Below are positions 7,638 to 13,846 of a stretch of 20,000 nt of DNA, in pieces. A model generated the notes under the pieces. It was not told where the DNA came from, did not search any database, and saw only the letters and a list, made by a program, of their open reading frames with translations. Both the position numbers and the translations under genes were made by a program. How positions within the stretch are numbered: position 1 is the stretch's first letter; every line of letters begins with the position of its first letter. The DNA comes from an uncultured virus (IMG/VR IMGVR_UViG_3300042197_001981) (Duplodnaviria; Heunggongvirae; Uroviricota; Caudoviricetes), in IMG/VR virus record IMGVR_UViG_3300042197_001981, one strand, 5' to 3'.

Positions 7638-7826
7638 ATGAAAGACAAAACTACCACAGAAAGATATCGTGAGCATTCAGAGATGCTCGGTCGTATTGGC
7701 TCATTGATTCCAGACGAGTTTTTTGCCACGGACGAATCAACGACCGAAGAAGCCGTAGGATTGTTGCTTGAAAGATATTATTCGGAAATGGCAACCAAGT
7801 TTTGGGGAAGGAACAACAAGCAATGA
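7638..7826 (+). CDS. Hypothetical protein
   Basis: 62-aa ORF; stop overlaps the next ATG. Confidence 0.6.
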   Translation: MKDKTTTERYREHSEMLGRIGSLIPDEFFATDESTTEEAVGLLLERYYSEMATKFWGRNNKQ

Positions 7827-8221
7827 AACCATACTACTACGTTTATCGTTTTGGACACGGCATGCCGACCGTGCGCCACGAAACACTGAAAAAGGCGCAA
7901 GCTGAGGCCGAGCGTTTGGCCAAGAAACACCAAGGGTTCCAGTTTGAGATCCTTGAGTTCAAGGGTTTGTCCAGCCTCCATGACTCGATCACCTTTTGGG
8001 TGGACGGTGTTGACCCAGATGACAACGAGTACGTCAGCGACGGACACGGAAACGAGTGGGCCAAGTGCGGACCGGATTGCGACATGGAAGTGGTTCGTGT
8101 TGGGAAAGTGCAATGCTCATGTCGGGAGCAGCAGGTAAAGCCTGAGTTGACCAATGAACCGGAACCTAAACAAGTTTGGGAAAAATTCTGGGATCTCCTA
8201 AATAAACTGGAAAGCAAATAA
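7823..8221 (+). CDS. Hypothetical protein
   Basis: ATGA overlap at 7823 (MKPYYYVYRF...PTVRHETLKKAQAEAERLA...); Cys cluster CGPDC...QCSC in the C-terminal half. Confidence 0.7.
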   Translation: MKPYYYVYRFGHGMPTVRHETLKKAQAEAERLAKKHQGFQFEILEFKGLSSLHDSITFWVDGVDPDDNEYVSDGHGNEWAKCGPDCDMEVVRVGKVQCSCREQQVKPELTNEPEPKQVWEKFWDLLNKLESK

Positions 8222-8457
8222 TGACTGATAAAACAGACATATGGGCCGTTAGTGACCGATTTATCGACACCGTGCTGGATTATTACCGCAGCTATACCGA
8301 CGACGAGCTGACGCAAGTTTTCGCCAGAGGCCCGTTCGCAGGTATGTCCGAGCGCGAACTTTACGAGCTTGTGAAACATTGGGACGACAACCGAAAAATC
8401 GTGCGGTTGCAGCCGAACGCCGACAAACGAAACTTGCAGCCGAACGCCGACAAATGA
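8221..8457 (+). CDS. Hypothetical protein
   Basis: TAATG overlap at the start; the C-terminus carries a duplicated LQPNADK. Confidence 0.6.
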   Translation: MTDKTDIWAVSDRFIDTVLDYYRSYTDDELTQVFARGPFAGMSERELYELVKHWDDNRKIVRLQPNADKRNLQPNADK

Positions 8458-8458
8458 A
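8407..8458 (+). repeat. Tandem direct repeat, 2 copies, 27-bp period
   Basis: TTGCAGCCGAACGCCGACAAA occurs identically at 8407-8427 and 8434-8454, each followed by YGAA. Confidence 0.9.
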
Positions 8459-8813
8459 CGCTGTGATGAGAACGAAAAAACAGGACGAAAAGTGTCCATA
8501 TCCGCCGAGTTCAACACCGCTTACCGATGAGGCCCACGCCCGCTGGGCCCAAGGCAAGGTCAGCTGGATCGACGAGATGGCCAGACTAGAACTCGAATCA
8601 CTAGAGCAGGCGCGGCTATTAGGCATGTCCGCCGAACGTGAGTGCGACCTTCGCGGCGAGCTTGAGCGTTGGCGCAACTGCGCCCGAATGCTGGCCGGAT
8701 TAGGTATGCCCAAGAGCTGGCAAAATTCTGGCGAGTGGTACAAAGCAATGGAATTTTACCGAAAACTACAAGAACAATCCAATGAAACCAAAAACGTACA
8801 AAATCCTGAATGA
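8454..8813 (+). CDS. Hypothetical protein
   Basis: ATGA overlap at 8454; contains coiled-coil EQARLLGMSAERECDL, a motif recalled from phage hypothetical proteins. Confidence 0.65.
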   Translation: MNAVMRTKKQDEKCPYPPSSTPLTDEAHARWAQGKVSWIDEMARLELESLEQARLLGMSAERECDLRGELERWRNCARMLAGLGMPKSWQNSGEWYKAMEFYRKLQEQSNETKNVQNPE

Positions 8814-8958
8814 CTGCGTCGGCAACGGCATCGAATATGGTTGGAACCGAGCGCATAAGCATACCGATCAGCCGACCCCAGAGGTCATCAAAGATTGTAT
8901 TGGGGAAGCCATCATGCTGGAAATATCCGAAGATTTTTCTTTTGAAGACGACGAATGA
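8782..8958 (+). CDS. 58-aa conserved phage hypothetical protein (GWNRAHKH type)
   Basis: Read by hand (below ORF-track size): MKPKTYKILNDCVGNGIEYGWNRAHKHTDQPTPEVIKDCIGEAIMLEISEDFSFEDDE*; stop overlaps the ATG at 8955. Confidence 0.75.
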   Translation: MKPKTYKILNDCVGNGIEYGWNRAHKHTDQPTPEVIKDCIGEAIMLEISEDFSFEDDE

Positions 8959-9329
8959 CCGCTTGCAAAAACAAACAGGCTAGGGTACGTTGCTCGCCCA
9001 TGTCGACCAAAAAGAAAATCAAATTTCCACTGCGCGGCCGTTACGGCATTAGCGCTACCATAAGGCCACAAAAAGCGAACAAGTGGGTCCTAAGGTCACA
9101 AACAGGATTCATACGGTTTGGTGGTACCGAAGGGGATGCCCACAAGGTCGGTTACGTCGACTTCGACGGAGGGCCGTTTGTGGCGCTGGGGGACAACATC
9201 GGCAACCTGCACCCTTTGCTACCTGACGAAATTGTCACTCATATCGAGTTTATCAAAGGAACCGGACTGTGCGTATTCACCAAAAATAAACATGAAGACA
9301 CTGTACCCACCTCAGCAGAAAGCACTTGA
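8955..9329 (+). CDS. Hypothetical protein
   Basis: 124-aa ORF (alternative start ATG 9000) containing YVDFDGGPFVALGD. Confidence 0.6.
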   Translation: MTACKNKQARVRCSPMSTKKKIKFPLRGRYGISATIRPQKANKWVLRSQTGFIRFGGTEGDAHKVGYVDFDGGPFVALGDNIGNLHPLLPDEIVTHIEFIKGTGLCVFTKNKHEDTVPTSAEST

Positions 9330-11673
9330 ATTTTTCGTTGGCACTCATCAAGCCAACCGCAACACCTTAGACAGTAGCATGGTCGGCACCGGCAAGACGG
9401 TGGTCGGCTGCCACTTGGTACAGGCTCTGGATAGGCCGGTCGGGGTAGTGTGCCCGAAATCGGTCCTAGCGTCGTGGCGTCGGGAGCTGGAAGCCCATGG
9501 GGTGCAGCCGCTGTTCGTGTTGAACTACGAAAAGATTCGTAACGGGCGGACCCCTTGGCTGACCAAGACCGGTAAAAAGGCCATGCGTTGGCAGGTGCCC
9601 CCAGACACGCTTCTGATTTTTGACGAGGTCCACAAATGCCTACCAGAAGGAACAAAAGTAGCCGCACCTGATGGGGCCGTTGAAATCCAATCTCTCCGTA
9701 TTGGAGACTCAGTGGAAACCCCCATTGGACCTCGGCCGGTTACGGCAATTTGGGAAACTGGGTATAAAGACATTTTATCCTTTACAACTGAAAAAGGTGA
9801 TCTATTATCGAGCCATGACCACAAGATATTCACAGAAGAAGACGGCTGGATTCGTGCCGACGAAATCCGAGAAGGACACACTGTGTTCGTGCACCCGATG
9901 TGGAACAAGGCTAAAAGATCAGTCGGGCAGGTCGAAGATGTGTCGACCATGTTTCTGGGAGTCAAGACGAGTAACAGAAACTCGGAAATGTGCGATTTGC
10001 GAGGCACCCATAACACGAGTACCGAGCAATTTTACTGTTCCAAAGTCAAAAACTACGTGCAGTCGAAAATGCTCGAGCCTGCTTATGTGGGTAAATACTC
10101 CACGGCTTCGAGAAAAAGCGGCACAAAATATGAAACGACTGCAGCAGGAAAACCCATTACCGTTCAAAAAACGATGGGAGGACATGAAATCATCCAACCC
10201 AATGGACAACTTATCAACCCGGAAAATAGCTTTGCAAAAAGCACATGCCACGAACTTAGCGAAAGGCAACTACGAAAAGAATTTAACTGGCGGAAATGGA
10301 AGAGGACTGACGGCTCCCCAACAAGCATTGTTGAGCGATCTATCAAACGGGTGGGTGGCCGAGCATGTAATATGGGCCGGGGAAAAAGGAAAAAAAACCG
10401 GATGGCCAATTATGATGGTGGATCTTGCCCTTGTAGAAAACAAATGGGCAGTAGAATTGGACGGCCCATCCCACAGGAGCTCAACAGCAAGAATCCGAGA
10501 CCAGAAAAAAGACAAGCTACTGACAGAGGCTGGATGGAAAGTTCTACGGTTGAAGAACGACGAAGCATCGGTCTCCCGCGTGCTAGAGTTCTTCGGGTCA
10601 GTAAAATGAGCCAGCAAAAATGTTGGGACATTGAAGTTGCTGATGCCTCATGTTTTTTTGCAGAAGGTGTACTGGTACATAACTGCAAAGGAGCCTTCAC
10701 CCAAAACGCGCAGCTGTTGATCGCAGCCAGATCACAGGGTATCCCGGTGCACATGCTGTCGGCGACCGCTTGTCAAGACCCCACAGAAATGAGGGCCTTG
10801 GGGTACGCGCTCGGACTGCACAGCCTCAATAGCCCCACTGACGGACTGTACTCGTGGCAGGGCTGGATGCGAAAGTTCGGCTGCGCCATGGACATTTGGA
10901 ATAGTTGGTACCTGCGCGACAAAGAAAAACTGGTGGACCTGCACGGCGTCTTGTACGGCGCCGGAGGCGTGGCTAAGCGCCTGAGTGTGGCGGACTTCCC
11001 GACCAGCTTCCGGGAAAACAGAGTCCACCTACTGCCGCTCGAGTGTGCCGGCAGCGTTAACAACATTTTCAAAAACGCCGGGATCGGTCACCAGCAACTG
11101 GTCGACTACATTCTGGAATCAGAAACCCCAGATGAAGAAATTGAAAACCAAGAGCCGTTCATTGTGCGGCTGCTGCGGGCCCGGCAAGAGGCCGAGCTAA
11201 TTAAAATACCCGAAATGAGCACTTTAGCTGACGACTACTTGGACGACGGCATGGCGGTCATTTGCTTCGTGAACTTCCGGGAAACCGCGCACGCATTGGC
11301 CGAGCGGTTGGGGTGCGCTATTATTGAAGGCGGCCAGTCCGCCGACCAGCGTCAGAAGATCGTGGACGACTTCCAAGCAGGGCTGACCCACTCGCTGGTG
11401 GTGAACATCGAAGCCGGAGGCACCGGGCTGAGTCTGCACCACCAGAGCGCCTGCGCCCGTCCGCGGGTGTCGCTCATAAGCCCGACCTACAACGCCAAGA
11501 CGCACCTGCAGGTTCTGGGCCGGACCCACCGCAACGGTGCCCTGAGCGATTCTTTGCAGTTTGTAGTGTTGGCTGCGGACAGTGTCGAAGAAACTGTAGC
11601 CGCCGCCATCGACCGTAAATGTAAAATGCTTGCAACCCTGCACGGTATTGAATACCAACCCCTGAACCAATGA
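9292..11673 (+). CDS. SF2 (SNF2/DEAH-like) helicase containing an intein
   Basis: Likely start ATG 9292 (MKTLYPPQQKA). Motifs: I SMVGTGKT, Ia VVCPKSV, NYEK, II IFDEVHK, III LSATA, V AGGTGLSL, VI QVLGRTHR. Removing the intein restores DEVHKCKG. Confidence 0.9.
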   Translation: MKTLYPPQQKALEFFVGTHQANRNTLDSSMVGTGKTVVGCHLVQALDRPVGVVCPKSVLASWRRELEAHGVQPLFVLNYEKIRNGRTPWLTKTGKKAMRWQVPPDTLLIFDEVHKCLPEGTKVAAPDGAVEIQSLRIGDSVETPIGPRPVTAIWETGYKDILSFTTEKGDLLSSHDHKIFTEEDGWIRADEIREGHTVFVHPMWNKAKRSVGQVEDVSTMFLGVKTSNRNSEMCDLRGTHNTSTEQFYCSKVKNYVQSKMLEPAYVGKYSTASRKSGTKYETTAAGKPITVQKTMGGHEIIQPNGQLINPENSFAKSTCHELSERQLRKEFNWRKWKRTDGSPTSIVERSIKRVGGRACNMGRGKRKKNRMANYDGGSCPCRKQMGSRIGRPIPQELNSKNPRPEKRQATDRGWMESSTVEERRSIGLPRARVLRVSKMSQQKCWDIEVADASCFFAEGVLVHNCKGAFTQNAQLLIAARSQGIPVHMLSATACQDPTEMRALGYALGLHSLNSPTDGLYSWQGWMRKFGCAMDIWNSWYLRDKEKLVDLHGVLYGAGGVAKRLSVADFPTSFRENRVHLLPLECAGSVNNIFKNAGIGHQQLVDYILESETPDEEIENQEPFIVRLLRARQEAELIKIPEMSTLADDYLDDGMAVICFVNFRETAHALAERLGCAIIEGGQSADQRQKIVDDFQAGLTHSLVVNIEAGGTGLSLHHQSACARPRVSLISPTYNAKTHLQVLGRTHRNGALSDSLQFVVLAADSVEETVAAAIDRKCKMLATLHGIEYQPLNQ
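9637..10683 (+). mobile_element. Intein (Hint domain), 349 aa, inserted immediately after helicase motif II
   Basis: Block A CLPEGTKV...IQSLRIGD, block B SSHDHKIFT...GWIRADEI, block F CWDIEVADASCFFAEG, block G VLVHN followed by +1 Cys; DNA visibly more AT-rich than the flanking exteins. Confidence 0.93.
9815..10609 (+). CDS. Zn-finger plus Vsr/DUF559-like PD-(D/E)XK endonuclease (putative homing endonuclease) nested in the +1 frame of the intein
   Basis: CTRC..CRPC and CAIC..CSRKC Zn motifs, SNPM segment, and nuclease motif VDLALVENKWAVELDGPSH...RDQKKDKLLTEAGWKVLRLKN. Frame open 9671-10609; true start uncertain (ATG 9671 or 9815, or later). Confidence 0.85.
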   Translation: MTTRYSQKKTAGFVPTKSEKDTLCSCTRCGTRLKDQSGRSKMCRPCFWESRRVTETRKCAICEAPITRVPSNFTVPKSKTTCSRKCSSLLMWVNTPRLREKAAQNMKRLQQENPLPFKKRWEDMKSSNPMDNLSTRKIALQKAHATNLAKGNYEKNLTGGNGRGLTAPQQALLSDLSNGWVAEHVIWAGEKGKKTGWPIMMVDLALVENKWAVELDGPSHRSSTARIRDQKKDKLLTEAGWKVLRLKNDEASVSRVLEFFGSVK

Positions 11674-12809
11674 GTACACAACCAAACCACACTGACAGAC
11701 CGCACGCCGAGTTCGGCCCCAGCAGCCTGAAACACGTACACAACTGCCCGGGCTGGGAAAGCCGCGGCGGCACAAACGAGGCCGCTGAAATGGGAACCCG
11801 GATTCACGAAGCCGTCGAGGTGCGTAGCCCAGACACGCTCCACAACGAAAAGGAAGTAGAGATCTACGAGCAGCTAATCCGGGACATGGACGCGGCCGTG
11901 GCTAACATCAAGGAATTATCGGGTGTCGAGCCAACGGTGCATCAAGAAATCAGGTTAGAAATCAAACTCAACGGGTGTGAAACCTTTGGCACCGCGGACA
12001 TCGTAGCCGTGGCCGGGCCGTACGCCTGCCTGCACGACCACAAGACTGGTATCGGGAGCGTGGACTCTCCGCCCAAGAACTGGCAAAGTACCGCCTACGC
12101 GGTGGGCGTTTTCCAGAAGTTCCCCGAGGTCCAGACCATCTTTGCCTCGTTCAGCATACCTCAGCGTGGGGAGCTGCTCATCGGCGAGTACAGTCGCCAC
12201 CGGTTGGACGAGGACATCGAGCGTCTGAGCCAGACCATTCTGCGGGCCCAAAAGGTCAGGCCCATGTGGCGCGGCGGCGCCCCGGGCTGGGAGGAGCTCG
12301 AGATCAACAACAGCTGCCAGTACTGTAAGCACCAGAGCGTGTGCCCGGCCTTGGGCCATACCGCGGTCGAAATTGCCCGCAGGTACCAGTCGGACCTGTT
12401 GCCAGCCGACGGATTGATCGCGTCTAGCGACATTGACGATCCAGAGGTGCTGGCCCGGCTGTACACCGTCGCCACGATCGTAGAAAAGTGGGCCGACGGT
12501 ATTCGCCACAAAACCCTGAGCCTCGCCAAGGAAGGGGTGGACATTCCGGGCTACCGTTTGAAAAGCATGGGCGCCAAGAAAAATGTCGTTGACAAGGCTA
12601 GCTTCCTCCAATACATCGAGTCGCTCGGCATCAACCAGCTAGAACTTCTGCAAAACGTTGAAATACCTGTGACCAAGATCCGCGACCTGTACGCGGGCAA
12701 GGCACCCAAGGGTAAGAAAACAGCGTGGGCCAGACAGTTCGAGGACGGTCTCGAGCAAGAAAGAATCACCGAGAAGGGCACCGAAAGGTTCACCCTTACG
12801 CGGGACTGA
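11670..12809 (+). CDS. DUF2800 / Cas4-like PD-(D/E)XK exonuclease
   Basis: Motifs HAEFGPSS...CPG, GTRIHE, FGTADIV, DHKTG, WQSTAYA and CQYCKHQSVCP. Confidence 0.88.
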   Translation: MSTQPNHTDRPHAEFGPSSLKHVHNCPGWESRGGTNEAAEMGTRIHEAVEVRSPDTLHNEKEVEIYEQLIRDMDAAVANIKELSGVEPTVHQEIRLEIKLNGCETFGTADIVAVAGPYACLHDHKTGIGSVDSPPKNWQSTAYAVGVFQKFPEVQTIFASFSIPQRGELLIGEYSRHRLDEDIERLSQTILRAQKVRPMWRGGAPGWEELEINNSCQYCKHQSVCPALGHTAVEIARRYQSDLLPADGLIASSDIDDPEVLARLYTVATIVEKWADGIRHKTLSLAKEGVDIPGYRLKSMGAKKNVVDKASFLQYIESLGINQLELLQNVEIPVTKIRDLYAGKAPKGKKTAWARQFEDGLEQERITEKGTERFTLTRD

Positions 12810-12810
12810 C

Positions 12811-12866
12811 GGCCAGCGCACAGCCTGTTAAATAGTGCGACAAACAACAAAACACAAAAAATAGTA
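12811..12866 (+). promoter_or_regulatory. Putative H-type RNA pseudoknot plus unstructured A/C-rich leader upstream of the SSB-like gene
   Basis: Stem 1 GGC(12811-13)/GCC(12823-25); stem 2 CGCAC(12817-21)/GTGCG(12835-39); then ACAAACAACAAAACACAAAAAATAGTA-ATG. Confidence 0.55.
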
Positions 12867-13547
12867 ATGTCTGAAGAAAATACATCAGTAATTGAGGCCC
12901 CGACCGGGCTCGCTGTTGCCGGCAGTTTCAATGCCGGTTTTAACGCCGAGGACTTCCGGGTGCCTTACCTCAACTGCATCCAGAAAATGAGTGGCATCGA
13001 CGGTAGACCCGGCGAGCTGGTCTTGGACCGCAGGGCAGTCGTGGTCGAGAACGGTAAGAAGTTGCCGGTCACGATCGTAGCTATCCAGAAGAGCTGGGTT
13101 GAAAAGGTGCCGTTCGATGAAGAAGTTGAAGCGCGTGTGGCCTACACCCGCGACCAGCTTGAACTCATCAAGCAGGACACTAAGTACAACATTATCCCGC
13201 GGGCAACCATTACCCTGTTGATCCCGCACTCGAAGGATACTTGCAACATCGACGACGAAGAGTCGGCCGAGCTGTTCCCGTTCTTGCTTGGCGGTACCCC
13301 GTACCAACTGGCCAAGATCATCACCCAACAGGTCGGTTACGACAACACGTTCAAGGTGGTGAACAGTTTCCACGTCGGTAATCCCGACCTCAAGCTGCAT
13401 GGCCAGCAGTGGAACCTCAGCACCATGTCCGTTGAGCGTGGTAAGTATAGCTGGTTCGTGCCAGTTCTGGGCCGCAGCAGCGTTGCTACCCCAGAGCCGG
13501 TGTTGGCGTTTATTAACCGCCTACTGCAGGAAGGAGGTGAACAATGA
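12867..13547 (+). CDS. Putative single-stranded DNA-binding protein
   Basis: Lies between the DUF2800 nuclease and the polymerase. DFRVPYLNCIQKMS, PGELV and GKYSWFVP resemble phage SSB-like proteins. Function inferred. Confidence 0.6.
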   Translation: MSEENTSVIEAPTGLAVAGSFNAGFNAEDFRVPYLNCIQKMSGIDGRPGELVLDRRAVVVENGKKLPVTIVAIQKSWVEKVPFDEEVEARVAYTRDQLELIKQDTKYNIIPRATITLLIPHSKDTCNIDDEESAELFPFLLGGTPYQLAKIITQQVGYDNTFKVVNSFHVGNPDLKLHGQQWNLSTMSVERGKYSWFVPVLGRSSVATPEPVLAFINRLLQEGGEQ

Positions 13548-13747
13548 GCTTAGCGATCGCACCACAAGACCCACGTCCGTATTTGACCAAGGAACGGGAT
13601 GCGCTGGCCACCGTTATGGGTGAGCTGGAGCAGAACATCGAGAAGTCGATTAACCAACTGCAGTCGTTGCGTGCCGTGTATGACGCGGTCAGCAACGAGT
13701 TGGAGAAACTTGGCCCGGGTGAGCAGCTTGAACTGCCGCTTGAGTAA
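13544..13747 (+). CDS. Small coiled-coil hypothetical protein
   Basis: ATGA overlap, SD-like AGGAGGTG upstream, heptad pattern, and QLELPL tail (resembles a beta-clamp-binding motif). Confidence 0.7.
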   Translation: MSLAIAPQDPRPYLTKERDALATVMGELEQNIEKSINQLQSLRAVYDAVSNELEKLGPGEQLELPLE

Positions 13748-13755
13748 TTGATTCA

Positions 13756-13834
13756 CGCCCTGAGTACGGCTTCAAACTGCTCTTTTTCATATAACTACTG
13801 TTGTTGCGCCCTGAGCACGGCCCTAAAAGGCTCA
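13756..13834 (+). promoter_or_regulatory. Two tandem repeated putative H-type RNA pseudoknots upstream of the DNA polymerase
   Basis: CGCCCTGAGTACGGCTTCAAACTGCTC (13756-82) and CGCCCTGAGCACGGCCCTAAAAGGCTCA (13807-34). Stem 1 is GCC/GGC in both; stem 2 is GAGTA/TGCTC and TGAGC/GCTCA. Confidence 0.6.
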
Positions 13835-13846
13835 CCAAATTTCACC

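Noticed and set aside
8407..8458. Direct repeat as a mini CRISPR array
   Set aside because: Only two copies separated by 6 nt, inside coding sequence, with no spacer-length interval.
9118..9291. ORF-track N-terminal extension of the helicase (and similarly 13748 for the polymerase, 15514 for the primase)
   Set aside because: The extensions overlap upstream genes or the structured leader and lack domain-like sequence; ATG 9292, 13847 and 15586 fit the domain starts.
9637..10683. Group I intron explanation for the helicase insertion
   Set aside because: The insert is in frame, stop-free and bounded by canonical intein blocks A, B, F and G with a +1 Cys, so protein splicing explains it.
11670..12809. 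Cas4-like nuclease as evidence of a CRISPR-Cas system
   Set aside because: No cas1/cas2 or repeat-spacer array is present; DUF2800-type nucleases are routine in phage replication modules next to SSB and PolA.
13756..13834. Repeats as CRISPR repeats, a tRNA or an intrinsic terminator
   Set aside because: Only a 15-nt shared core in two copies and no cloverleaf. The 3-bp stem is too weak for a terminator, although copy 1 is followed by a T-run.
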